The notes beneath the pieces are model-generated. The model was not told the DNA's origin. It was given only the letters and a program-made list of their open reading frames with translations, and ran no database searches. The position numbers and the translations under genes are program-made. This document shows positions 34,997-44,475 of a stretch of DNA of 55,042 bases, in pieces (positions within the stretch are counted from its first letter, which is position 1; the number at the start of each line of letters is the position of its first letter). The DNA is from an uncultured Candidatus Saccharibacteria bacterium (GTDB lineage Bacteria > Patescibacteriota > Minisyncoccia > Phycocordibacterales > CAIZIN01), in assembly GCA_964472605.1 (NCBI GenBank), contig CAYYLG010000001.1, forward strand, positions 11,119 through 66,160, written 5' to 3'.

Positions 34997-35395
34997 ATGA
35001 AGACTTTAATTGTTATTTTAGGAATGCCTGGTTCTGGTAAAACAAAATTGATAAACAAATTGTTTGATCAAAATGTAAATCATGAAGGCTTTTTAAATAA
35101 AAGCTTTTTAATGATTGAAACAGAAAAATATACTGTAATAGAACACACTGGATTTAATGCAAAAGCAAGACATTTTATTCAAAGTTATGATGGCCCTGTA
35201 ATTCAAATTTTAGTAGATAAGCCTATTCTAAAATGTTTGTATAGTATTTTTTCTGATCTTTTTAAATTTAAAAGAAGTCTTTCTTCAACACTATCCAGAG
35301 TTAAATGTTTAATTTTTTACAAAATAAATGAAAAATATCTAGAATCTGAACAAAAGGCAATAAGGGTAATCTTTAATGATAATTTTAAACCCTAA
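34997..35395 (+). CDS. small P-loop NTPase/kinase (132 aa)
   Basis: Walker A GMPGSGKT at residues 9-16. Confidence 0.6.
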   Translation: MKTLIVILGMPGSGKTKLINKLFDQNVNHEGFLNKSFLMIETEKYTVIEHTGFNAKARHFIQSYDGPVIQILVDKPILKCLYSIFSDLFKFKRSLSSTLSRVKCLIFYKINEKYLESEQKAIRVIFNDNFKP

Positions 35396-37337
35396 AAAAT
35401 TTAGCTTTGAAATAAATAATTTTACTGATATTCTACACCTTACTGAAGGTGAAGTTATTACCTTTTTTAATTCTAAAAAAGAAGTTATTGCGCACTTGTC
35501 TAAAGTACGAAACGGATGTTATAAAGAATACGCTTATTCATTTAACTTGGGAACAAAGGGTAGATGGAGTAAAAACACTTGCTTCTTTAAAGCAGAGAGT
35601 AATATTGAATTTGAGATATTAGATAAGAATTGTATTTCAATTAATGGAAACAAAATAATATCAAAATTCTTTATAGATAACTTTAAAGAAGAGGTTTATG
35701 TTGTAATTGGAAAAAGAAAAGAATTAGAATTTAAAGGGAACGATCTTAGCATTCATATCGATATCAATAATTTTTTATATGAAAAATTAGAAAATTATGA
35801 AGATTTAGAAAATAAAAAATATCAGTTTGACTTTGGATTTGCGGCAGGAGTTGGAGATATTATTTGGGGATTGTGTAATAAAAAACATAATCTCTTTTTG
35901 TCAAATATGACATCAACAAAAAGAGGTAGAGATGCTGTTTTAGAATTTTATTCAGACATATACCATCTTGATATGGGCTATCTAAAACAACAGTATTATG
36001 ATTTTAAAAGATTTTATACCATTTTAAGTGAAGGCATAGAGTTAGATCCTGATCTAGAAATTAATTTTTGTGGACAAAATGTTAGATTAGAGGCTGGAAT
36101 ACCCTTCACTAATGAAGAAATAAAAAAAATAAGATTTCATTTAGAGTCAAGTAATTTTATAAAAATATTAGATTTTAATCATGATGCTGTTGAAGTAAGA
36201 ACTGGTGGAATCTTAGCAAATGTACTTTCAAATTTAGGTTATAAATCTATTCAAATAGGCGAGTATTCTAATTTTGATACAATCAATAAAGAGAATTATA
36301 TTGATACAAAAGACAACGTTGTTGATGCATATAGGACATTAAATTCAGCAAGATTTGTTTATGGTGAAGCATGTGGTTTCAATATATATGCTAGTCTTCT
36401 TGGAATTGATAATTTTGGTGTTTTGTATAGTGGTTTAGGCGGATTATCACTAACACTAGGGGACTTTAACCACATAAAAGAAGGCAAGACAAAAATTCAT
36501 GTAATAAATTTAGAAAATTCCTATAAAGATTATGGCTTGGAGGATGAAAGATTAAGAACTTCTAAAAGAATGTCCAATTATTTAAGTAATTGGAAAAACT
36601 CATATCATGAAGATGGTAATGTAATTTGTCCTGTTTGTTTCTGTAAGCAAAAAAAAGAAGATCACCTACAATATGAATGTAATTATTGTGGAGTGTTTGT
36701 AACTAAAACAAATAATAAGTTTGAATATAACGATAATTATTTAAAAATATACGATACATATCCATACGAAGAAATGAATAAGATAAGACAAACATTCATA
36801 ACAAATGGAAAAACTATTTTAGATTATGGATGTGGAAAAAGACATTTTGTAAATCATCTTTTAAATAATGGATATAACGCTTATGGATATGATGTAGTCC
36901 CAAATGAAGAGAATTTAAATTGGAGAGAATTGTTTGATAGAACTTATGATTACATTACTTTTTTCGATTCATTAGAACACATTGAAAATATTCATCAAGA
37001 GTTAATTCCACTTTTATGTTTGACAAAAAAAGTTATAATAACTATACCAAATGTAATTGAAGAAGCTACTTTAGACGATATTAAAAAATACAAACACTAT
37101 AAACCTGGAGAACACATACTACACTTTAAAAGAAAAACTTTAGAAATACTTATGTCAATGCACGGTTTCTCTTTAGAAAGTATTAGTTTTATAGAAAATG
37201 ATATTAGAAAATTCTCCTCAATGGGATTTAGTGTAGCTACATATATTTTTAAAGATTCAAGATCGTTTCATGTTCCATTTGAAATAAGACCCAAAATTAT
37301 AAAGGATTACTTTAAATATGAGAAACACTTTGTATGA
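35376..37337 (+). CDS. multidomain protein: N-terminal LamG-like module, central GT9-like (?) region, Cys4 ribbon, C-terminal class I SAM methyltransferase
   Basis: MTase motif I ILDYGCGKRHF, then YDYITFFDSLEHIEN. Cys4 ribbon CPVCFC...CNYCG. AAGVGDIIWG and GEACGFNIYASLLG weakly resemble glycosyltransferase family 9. Confidence 0.55.
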   Translation: MIILNPKKFSFEINNFTDILHLTEGEVITFFNSKKEVIAHLSKVRNGCYKEYAYSFNLGTKGRWSKNTCFFKAESNIEFEILDKNCISINGNKIISKFFIDNFKEEVYVVIGKRKELEFKGNDLSIHIDINNFLYEKLENYEDLENKKYQFDFGFAAGVGDIIWGLCNKKHNLFLSNMTSTKRGRDAVLEFYSDIYHLDMGYLKQQYYDFKRFYTILSEGIELDPDLEINFCGQNVRLEAGIPFTNEEIKKIRFHLESSNFIKILDFNHDAVEVRTGGILANVLSNLGYKSIQIGEYSNFDTINKENYIDTKDNVVDAYRTLNSARFVYGEACGFNIYASLLGIDNFGVLYSGLGGLSLTLGDFNHIKEGKTKIHVINLENSYKDYGLEDERLRTSKRMSNYLSNWKNSYHEDGNVICPVCFCKQKKEDHLQYECNYCGVFVTKTNNKFEYNDNYLKIYDTYPYEEMNKIRQTFITNGKTILDYGCGKRHFVNHLLNNGYNAYGYDVVPNEENLNWRELFDRTYDYITFFDSLEHIENIHQELIPLLCLTKKVIITIPNVIEEATLDDIKKYKHYKPGEHILHFKRKTLEILMSMHGFSLESISFIENDIRKFSSMGFSVATYIFKDSRSFHVPFEIRPKIIKDYFKYEKHFV

Positions 37338-37683
37338 AGAATTGACAAAAGATACAAGTACTTTAGGACTATCAATTAATGAGATAGCTTATATCGTTAA
37401 ATCATGGGGAGAAGACCGACAATTTGATACCCCTACTTCTTTAAAAACAAGAGAAGAAAGGATATTAATGAATGAAAAGCTTATGCTTGTAGTCACAGAA
37501 GTAGCAGAGGCATGTGAGGCTTTAAGAAAACTAGATATTGACGAAATGGAATTTGAGTTGGCCGATGTTGTAATCAGAGTTTTGAATCTGGCAGGATCGC
37601 TAGGCATTGATCTTGACAAGAGAATTGCTGATAAAATGGAAATCAATAGAGGAAGACCTATTAAGCATGGAAAAGACTGCTGA
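37318..37683 (+). CDS. mazG: MazG-like NTP pyrophosphohydrolase
   Basis: Motifs LVVTEVAEACEALRK and EFELADVVIRVLNLAGSLGIDLDKRIADKMEINRGR. Confidence 0.75.
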   Translation: MRNTLYEELTKDTSTLGLSINEIAYIVKSWGEDRQFDTPTSLKTREERILMNEKLMLVVTEVAEACEALRKLDIDEMEFELADVVIRVLNLAGSLGIDLDKRIADKMEINRGRPIKHGKDC

Positions 37684-37858
37684 AATGCCAAATCAATACT
37701 TGTTTGAAATTACTATGGAAACTATTGATGGTAAGAATTTTTGCATTAAAGCAAATCCAGAACAAATTCGTTATTTTCCAGATAAAAAGTTAATTCGGAT
37801 TTCCAATTTTGATGGCGAATATTATTCATCAAAATATAAAATAAAAGTAATTGGTTAA
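37667..37858 (+). CDS. hypothetical small protein (63 aa)
   Basis: ATG 37667 overlaps the end of mazG. The start is uncertain; the track opens at 37607. Confidence 0.45.
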   Translation: MEKTAEMPNQYLFEITMETIDGKNFCIKANPEQIRYFPDKKLIRISNFDGEYYSSKYKIKVIG

Positions 37859-38392
37859 ATGTCTACACCTTTTAAAATTAATCAAAAGGCATATATTATA
37901 TCGACTGCAATAACGATTGCTAGAGACTCTTTAAATCAATACCCAGTTTTAAATGAATATTATAAACAAAATAATGGTTATGAAATGTTTCGATATTTTA
38001 TTGGAATTGATTTAAAGAATAGTCATATATTAAAAGAAAAAATTTTAATCCAACCTACTTGGATTTTAAATATTTTAGAAGACACAAATGGAAAGCAGAA
38101 AGATATTAGAATTCATTTAGACAATAATTTTCCATTTTTAACAGAAAATAAAACAACAATAACACTTCAACAGATATGGGGAATTGTAGATGTTGCTTCA
38201 GTATACTCTCCAATGATAAGCTCTGATTTTATTTATCATTCAAGACTTGATGCAGAGCTTGTTATTTCTAGGTATGAATTAGGAACTGATGTAAATCCGT
38301 TCATTGAACTAAATAAAGAAAAAATAAATTCTACTGAAAATAATACTGGCCTATTGGATCTTGATTACATCAATCACATTGAGATATGTTAG
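37859..38392 (+). CDS. hypothetical protein (177 aa); C-terminal ...INHIEIC
   Basis: TAAATG junction with the upstream gene. Carries a near-terminal version of the shared tail. Confidence 0.6.
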   Translation: MSTPFKINQKAYIISTAITIARDSLNQYPVLNEYYKQNNGYEMFRYFIGIDLKNSHILKEKILIQPTWILNILEDTNGKQKDIRIHLDNNFPFLTENKTTITLQQIWGIVDVASVYSPMISSDFIYHSRLDAELVISRYELGTDVNPFIELNKEKINSTENNTGLLDLDYINHIEIC

Positions 38393-38431
38393 TGGTGAAA
38401 TTTGGCCATAGGCATAATGAAAGGTTCATAA

Positions 38432-39709
38432 ATGATTTTTCAAAAAATAGTTGATCAAAAAGGGACTCGGGGACTACTGGTCTTTATGTGGCAGTGTTTT
38501 ACAACAGTTACAAAGCGTCTTCAATCAAGTAAAGATGCTAGTTTTAAAATTCAAATGAATAAAAAGAACTTTGATGTTCTTTTGAATAACTTTCCTGAGC
38601 ATTTCAGAAGGGCAAACTCTGACTATTATTTTTGGGGTCAGAAAATTGATATTGAAGATATTGAAAGTGGAAATTTAATTCGTTTTTGCAAGAACGATGC
38701 AGTATCTTCACCCTTTATGGTAGTGACACCTGCTTCACCTATTTATGTAGAGTCTTTGGCAGATCTAAATAGTAAACAAGAGACCGCTTTTAGAGCCTTT
38801 CTTAAGCAGCAAGCTCTTAGAGATGTTTCAGATGAAAGATTTAAAACTTTATATGAAAAACTTAAGGAAAAATCAAATTCCAACTCTAATGTTGGAGAAG
38901 AATCTGTTGAACAACTAATGAATGCTTTGCTTGGTATTTTTAATGATATTTCTAGCAATAAGAAAGTAAAAGATCCAGATAAAAACGCTGATTATAAAAC
39001 AGCGAAAGAAATTGCCATTAGTATTTTTCCCAAAAATTTGGTGGATCAACTGGAAGCAAGTGGAAAAAGACTTAAGGACAAACTTCAGAGCACAGGAACT
39101 GATTTACTCAATCAGTTTAAACAAGAAGGAACATCAGTGCTTGAGGAGTTAAAGAAATTAGATATTGATGGCATCTTGGATTATTTGCTAAAAGACTTGG
39201 ATGCTATCCTTGATCAATTTGATGGTGATCTTGATGAATTGATTCGTGTATTAGAAGAAAAGTTTCCTGAACATTTTAAGACAAACAATCAAGATAACCT
39301 TTCTGAGAAAGAGACTTTTGAACAGAAAAACAATAAATCATCTATTAAAGCATATGCTGAAAGTATGATTCCTATTGCAATTAAGCATGTAGTTTATGGT
39401 TTTGATGTTTTAGAACATAAATCAACATTATTAATTACTGTTCAGTCTAGTGAAGATGAACTTTATTTAATTAGTGATGTTAAAGTTGGAGAAGTTAAAT
39501 TTACTTCTCATGGAAGAGACGTTCAAGAACTTGTCAACAACATAAATAAAAATTTAATTTCAAATTATAAAATGCTCTCTATAATAAATGCTTCTAAGGA
39601 TATTCAATCTGTTGGACTCACTGATCCTGTGGCTCAACGAAAGCTTCAACAAGAGATATTTATTAATGAACAATTCCTAAGTCAATTTAAAGTTATTTAT
39701 TTAACATAA
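38432..39709 (+). CDS. hypothetical protein (425 aa), central acidic/coiled region
   Basis: AAAGG lies upstream of the ATG; the ORF is uninterrupted. Confidence 0.65.
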   Translation: MIFQKIVDQKGTRGLLVFMWQCFTTVTKRLQSSKDASFKIQMNKKNFDVLLNNFPEHFRRANSDYYFWGQKIDIEDIESGNLIRFCKNDAVSSPFMVVTPASPIYVESLADLNSKQETAFRAFLKQQALRDVSDERFKTLYEKLKEKSNSNSNVGEESVEQLMNALLGIFNDISSNKKVKDPDKNADYKTAKEIAISIFPKNLVDQLEASGKRLKDKLQSTGTDLLNQFKQEGTSVLEELKKLDIDGILDYLLKDLDAILDQFDGDLDELIRVLEEKFPEHFKTNNQDNLSEKETFEQKNNKSSIKAYAESMIPIAIKHVVYGFDVLEHKSTLLITVQSSEDELYLISDVKVGEVKFTSHGRDVQELVNNINKNLISNYKMLSIINASKDIQSVGLTDPVAQRKLQQEIFINEQFLSQFKVIYLT

Positions 39710-39721
39710 GGACTTTTTATA

Positions 39722-40288
39722 ATGGAAATAACAGAGAACATAATTGTTACTTATGCTAGAAATATAATATATGGTTATACTCCAATGTCCGTACAATCTA
39801 ATTCTTTTTTAGGTTCAGTTATATCTATTAAAAAAGAATTGGATCGTCTTAAAGAATTTAACCTTGAGAGTGGAGACTCTGTTTTACCAAGGAAAAGATC
39901 AGTTGATGAAGCTATAAGAACTGCTGCAAATGTTTCTAGAGAAGATTGGAAACAGGTTACTGAATTTGTAAAAACAGATTTTAATGATTGGATAGTAATA
40001 AAAAAATGTCTTGATACTACTGAAACTTCGAGTATACTTGAATTTTTGAAATGGTGTTTAGACAATCGTTTTCATTTGTCTGACCTTAGAGTAAGAAACT
40101 ATTGTTCTCTTAGGATTAATGCAAAGAAAAAAACTAAAGTTGTAATTGCGGATCTAGATGGATTTCATGTTCAAACAGCATATGGTTCATTTACAACTAG
40201 ATTAATGCCAGATGTATATTCTGTAAAACTAGGAAAAGATGATCCAATTAATATTGAGCTATATAAGGATGTTGTTATAAATGAGTGA
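39722..40288 (+). CDS. hypothetical protein (188 aa)
   Basis: Uninterrupted ORF, tightly packed against its neighbours. Confidence 0.6.
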   Translation: MEITENIIVTYARNIIYGYTPMSVQSNSFLGSVISIKKELDRLKEFNLESGDSVLPRKRSVDEAIRTAANVSREDWKQVTEFVKTDFNDWIVIKKCLDTTETSSILEFLKWCLDNRFHLSDLRVRNYCSLRINAKKKTKVVIADLDGFHVQTAYGSFTTRLMPDVYSVKLGKDDPINIELYKDVVINE

Positions 40289-40649
40289 AATTAAAAAACA
40301 ACTAGCAGAAGCAAAAATAGCAGAAGGCAATAAGGTACGAGAAAGAATACAAAAGACAAGTGGTTTTGTTGAATTACCAAATAGACCCCTAAGAGTGCAT
40401 CCAATTGGAACTGTCAGAAATAGGGAAAAATATTTAGGTTCTGATCCATATAAAGATACTAAAAATCCAGAATGGCTAGAAATATTTTTAACTAGACATT
40501 CAAGTATTTCAATGAACACAGAATCAAATAGAAAATATTTATTTCCAGAAAAAGAAAAGATTGTTATTCAAAAATCTTATAAAAAGTATCCTCCTAAAAA
40601 AAGTAAACTTAGAAAATTTCTAGAGAATTTAATCAAACAAATTCCTTGA
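40281..40649 (+). CDS. hypothetical basic protein (122 aa)
   Basis: Start overlaps the upstream gene. Confidence 0.55.
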   Translation: MSEIKKQLAEAKIAEGNKVRERIQKTSGFVELPNRPLRVHPIGTVRNREKYLGSDPYKDTKNPEWLEIFLTRHSSISMNTESNRKYLFPEKEKIVIQKSYKKYPPKKSKLRKFLENLIKQIP

Positions 40650-40657
40650 GGAAATTA

Positions 40658-41410
40658 ATGAAATATATAATATCATTATTCAAAAATATTGAAGGTCGTG
40701 GATACTTTTTTAGAGATGCAGGAGATCATGTCGAAGAAATATATGATCTTGAAAAAGCAACAATATTCTCATCAAAGAAAGCAGCAGAAGAAGCTGTAAA
40801 GTCCACTAAAATGGAAGAATATTGTAAGATAGAAAAGTATGATGATCTTATAGAAGAATTTCTTAAATGGAAAGAAGCAGGAATGGTTCGTAGAACTATA
40901 CCTAAGATTAATAAAAAAGTTTCAAGACCTTATAATGGAGAGGGACTTGAAGAAGTTATAGAATTTAAAAAGTATCATCATACTCATGAAGCAGAAATTA
41001 CTTATGAACATTGGAAAACCTGGCCTTATTTAAGCAAATTCCTTGATAATTTTTATGATCATGAGTTTTATACAAATAGGAATTATACTGAATCTTATAT
41101 GACTTTCAAGATAAAGATTGAAAGAAATAAATCAAGTTTTGAAAAATTTAAGGAAGAATTTGATAGATTAATTCCTCATGTCACATACAAAATACCTGGC
41201 GAAACAAATGATGGTATACCAGTTGAGTATTTGTGTTTTTCTATTTTTGAACATACTTGTTCAGAACATGGTATTTATAACTTTTACTTCAATACGTTTG
41301 AGGATAAACACAAGATTGTAAAAACAACATATGGTCACACTCGTGACTATTTCCAAGGCACCTTTGAAGAGTGCTACAATGAAATAAAATCCGAACTTTA
41401 CTACGATTAA
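40658..41410 (+). CDS. hypothetical protein (250 aa)
   Basis: GAGGA lies upstream of ATG 40658; the ORF opens at TTG 40646. Confidence 0.6.
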   Translation: MKYIISLFKNIEGRGYFFRDAGDHVEEIYDLEKATIFSSKKAAEEAVKSTKMEEYCKIEKYDDLIEEFLKWKEAGMVRRTIPKINKKVSRPYNGEGLEEVIEFKKYHHTHEAEITYEHWKTWPYLSKFLDNFYDHEFYTNRNYTESYMTFKIKIERNKSSFEKFKEEFDRLIPHVTYKIPGETNDGIPVEYLCFSIFEHTCSEHGIYNFYFNTFEDKHKIVKTTYGHTRDYFQGTFEECYNEIKSELYYD

Positions 41411-41421
41411 GGAAAATTATT

Positions 41422-42198
41422 ATGAAATTAAATCTTAAGTGGCAACATGAAATTTGTGATACTGATTGTTATAATGAGATATTTTTCTCAACTACACATG
41501 AGTATAAAAATGCAACTATATTTGGTAGAATTCTTCCAATTCATGATGAAGAATTTAAATTCTTAGCTCAATTAAATATTGTTGTTGACAACGATGCTCT
41601 TCCAGTCGAAAGAAAGGTTAATACCTTTAAAGAGGGAATGGAGTGGGCAGAAAAGGCGGCAGCAAGAGAACTTCCTAAAATGCTTAATGAACAGCATTAT
41701 GTTCTTGGTTTCATTCCTATTCATGATGAGTCTGAGCCAACAAAAAGAAAAGTCCTTCTTATTAGAAAAAATCATCCTGATTATCAAGCTGGAAAACTAA
41801 ATGGCATTGGTGGAAAAGTAGAACCAGGTGAAGATCCACTAACAGCAATGGTTAGGGAATGTAAAGAAGAAGTTGTACCTAAAGAGTTTAATCCAGAAGT
41901 ATTTCCGTTGGAAACTCTAGAAAATCCAGATAACTGGAATAACTTTTATAATTTTAAATTTAAAAACAAGCAAACTGGAACTACAGGAATTGTCTATTGT
42001 TTTAGAATGACAAATTTAATTCCACAGGATTCTATACAAGAAGCAATTTTAAATCCTCCTACAGAAGAAAAATTAGAAGTTCATTATTTTGATGATATAA
42101 TTCTATCAACAATTAATGTAATGCCTAATCTTCCTCTGATTGTTCAGGCAATGAATTTTTATGGTTTAAATTTACCTGCAATTGAGGCTTGGGACTAA
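41422..42198 (+). CDS. Nudix hydrolase with N-terminal extension
   Basis: Nudix box GIGGKVEPGEDPLTAMVRECKEEV. Confidence 0.7.
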   Translation: MKLNLKWQHEICDTDCYNEIFFSTTHEYKNATIFGRILPIHDEEFKFLAQLNIVVDNDALPVERKVNTFKEGMEWAEKAAARELPKMLNEQHYVLGFIPIHDESEPTKRKVLLIRKNHPDYQAGKLNGIGGKVEPGEDPLTAMVRECKEEVVPKEFNPEVFPLETLENPDNWNNFYNFKFKNKQTGTTGIVYCFRMTNLIPQDSIQEAILNPPTEEKLEVHYFDDIILSTINVMPNLPLIVQAMNFYGLNLPAIEAWD

Positions 42199-42488
42199 TG
42201 AGAGAAGTTAAAGTTATTGAGCCTAAAGATGGTATCCCTGCTTGGATTTGGACAGGAAGTGGATATAGTGCAGGAATAATAGAAATTAAACAAAGTTTTA
42301 TGGGTAGTGGAAGAATGGTTTGGCCAGGTGGTAAAGGTTTATCATGTGATATTGAAAAAACAACTTTTTATTCACATCACCCAGAAACTGGAGTTTCTGC
42401 ACAAGATCAACTTCTTAAAGAATATACAAAATGTAAAAAAGAATATGAATGGTTTTATGATATTTTTGGAGACTTAGAAAGTACATAA
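42198..42488 (+). CDS. hypothetical protein (96 aa)
   Basis: TAATG overlap with the upstream gene; the ORF opens at TTG 42189. Confidence 0.55.
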   Translation: MREVKVIEPKDGIPAWIWTGSGYSAGIIEIKQSFMGSGRMVWPGGKGLSCDIEKTTFYSHHPETGVSAQDQLLKEYTKCKKEYEWFYDIFGDLEST

Positions 42489-42489
42489 A

Positions 42490-42990
42490 ATGCCTCCTGA
42501 AGATAGAAGAGATTCTGAATATTCTATATGGAATGACTCATTTGGTGGTTATGGCTATGGTTTTTCAACAGACTATAGTTTAGATCATTTTGATGTTGTT
42601 CTTCCTGATTTTAGTGAACTACAAACTAGAATAAAAGAAATTGAGGAAGAACGACGCCTAAGAGCGCTTCTTGAAAATAAAAAGAAGTTTGGTGAAATTT
42701 GGATACAAAACACAACGAATAGAGTTTTGCTAGTTCCTATTCTTAATGTTGGGTTGCCAATAGCAGAACCAATTAACTTAATGGAATATACGGATGTTAA
42801 TTTTCTTAAGGAAAATGCTTTAACAATTTTTGACTGGATTCAGCAACAATCTGGAGTAAGTGTTTGGTATCATAAACCAAATGAAAGACCTATTATTGGT
42901 GCTGAAAATATTAAAAATGTTGTAACTGGATTTAATCCTGAAGAAAAAGAAAATAATATTGATGATTTCACAGATTTGATTGAATTATAA
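42490..42990 (+). CDS. hypothetical protein (166 aa); C-terminal ...FTDLIEL
   Basis: TAAAATG junction with the upstream gene. Ends in the shared C-terminal tail. Confidence 0.6.
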   Translation: MPPEDRRDSEYSIWNDSFGGYGYGFSTDYSLDHFDVVLPDFSELQTRIKEIEEERRLRALLENKKKFGEIWIQNTTNRVLLVPILNVGLPIAEPINLMEYTDVNFLKENALTIFDWIQQQSGVSVWYHKPNERPIIGAENIKNVVTGFNPEEKENNIDDFTDLIEL

Positions 42991-43001
42991 AGGACAATTA
43001 T

Positions 43002-43232
43002 ATGGCTACTTTTTCTATTTCACAAGAGATTCATTTGTCGGCATTTTTACCAGACTCAAAGATGGATGCGGTTATTGTTATTAGAAGTAATAATAGAATG
43101 ACTCTTGAGTCGGATTGTATGGATTATGCATTTTCTCCAAGAGATGCAGATATTCTATCAAAAATGTTTAAGAAAGCTTCAAAAATAGCAAGACATACTA
43201 ACTTTCCAGAATATGAAACAATTGAAGTATGA
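43002..43232 (+). CDS. hypothetical protein (76 aa); C-terminal ...YETIEV
   Basis: AAGGA lies upstream of the ATG. Ends in the shared C-terminal tail. Confidence 0.55.
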   Translation: MATFSISQEIHLSAFLPDSKMDAVIVIRSNNRMTLESDCMDYAFSPRDADILSKMFKKASKIARHTNFPEYETIEV

Positions 43233-43489
43233 AAAATTGGATAACAAGAGATGGTAGAACTGTTGGTTTGCAGGATATGGATTCTACCCATTTAAGAAAT
43301 ATACTTAACTTAATGCAGAAAACTTCTCTAAAAAAAAGAATACCAATGAATCGAGTTAGGATTGGCAAGAACTCAGATATAACTTATTTGGATATTCAAG
43401 AAGCATTAAGGTTTGCGAAGCCAGTAAATAATTCTCAAATTAATACAGAAGATTCACCAGATAGTATAATTGATATGTTGGAAATATGA
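43229..43489 (+). CDS. hypothetical protein (86 aa); C-terminal ...IDMLEI
   Basis: ATGA overlap with the upstream gene. Ends in the shared C-terminal tail. Confidence 0.55.
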   Translation: MKNWITRDGRTVGLQDMDSTHLRNILNLMQKTSLKKRIPMNRVRIGKNSDITYLDIQEALRFAKPVNNSQINTEDSPDSIIDMLEI

Positions 43490-43499
43490 TAGAGTAATA

Positions 43500-43535
43500 T
43501 GGCCAACTTACTTGATTTGGTGTGGTCACTATAAG
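43500..43535 (+). promoter_or_regulatory. promoter, TGGCCAA-N-TTGAC class
   Basis: TGGCCAA 43500-43506, TTGATT 43512-43517, TATAAG 43530-43535 (short spacer). Confidence 0.4.
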
Positions 43536-43575
43536 AAAATTTATTTACTGGTGACTGAAAGGAAATCAAAAACCA

Positions 43576-44475
43576 ATGAAAAAAAATTCTAAAAGTTTTG
43601 ATATCTTTAAAAGACTTGGGTATGAGTCTGTAGAAAATCAAAAGGTTAAAACGCTTTTAGCGGGACAGTTGTTGGTTTCTATTCCTTGGTTAATTATTTG
43701 TTTTTTATTTATGTTAATCATTGAATGGTTATCACCAAACTTTTTTAACTATCCATATTTTTACTTAAACATTCAATCAATACTTTACTTCACTCCACTA
43801 TTTGCTTATGCTGCTGTCATGGCAGGATTATCAACATTAAGCATTGTTTCAACAGTTAAAGATGAGGAAAATTTTGCTTTAGGAATAGGAACTTCAGTTC
43901 TTGCTGGAACTTGGGAAGAATTAGGTTTTAGATGGATATTTATTTGTACCTCAATGGCCGGTATTGTAGTTATGAACTGGTTATTAGGTACATTTTTTAT
44001 TTGGTTTCTTGTTGTTTTCTTTTTTGGAATATCGCTTTTCCTACTTCTTGGTGGTGATGGATTTAAGAAGTTAATTTCAATAATACCATTTGGATTTGGG
44101 ATGCTTTTCTTTCATCTTGCAGGAAAAACAGATCCTTTACTTTGGTTATATGATGTTTTCTTTCTTCCAGTAACAAATTTCTTTACTATTGGTTTCTTTG
44201 AGAACATTTTGTATGGCGACTATCCAAAATTATTTATCTTTGGTATGATTGCAGCAAATGCAAAATTTAGGGATGGACATAAGTACCAAGGACCGATTGG
44301 TATTGTAAACTCTTGGTTTGTTGGTTTTATTCTAATGTACTGTATGCTTACCTATGGTTTGTTTACTGCTATTATTCTTCATATTATTTACGATCTAGAG
44401 TTTGATATTATCAGATATGTTGGTCGTAAATTGTATGGAACAAAGGGTTATGAAGTAACTATAGAAAATGCCTAA
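43576..44475 (+). CDS. CPBP-family (CAAX protease/Abi-like) intramembrane metalloprotease
   Basis: Multiple TM segments. Motifs GTWEELGFRW (EExxxR) and AIILHIIYD (HxxxD). Confidence 0.65.
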   Translation: MKKNSKSFDIFKRLGYESVENQKVKTLLAGQLLVSIPWLIICFLFMLIIEWLSPNFFNYPYFYLNIQSILYFTPLFAYAAVMAGLSTLSIVSTVKDEENFALGIGTSVLAGTWEELGFRWIFICTSMAGIVVMNWLLGTFFIWFLVVFFFGISLFLLLGGDGFKKLISIIPFGFGMLFFHLAGKTDPLLWLYDVFFLPVTNFFTIGFFENILYGDYPKLFIFGMIAANAKFRDGHKYQGPIGIVNSWFVGFILMYCMLTYGLFTAIILHIIYDLEFDIIRYVGRKLYGTKGYEVTIENA

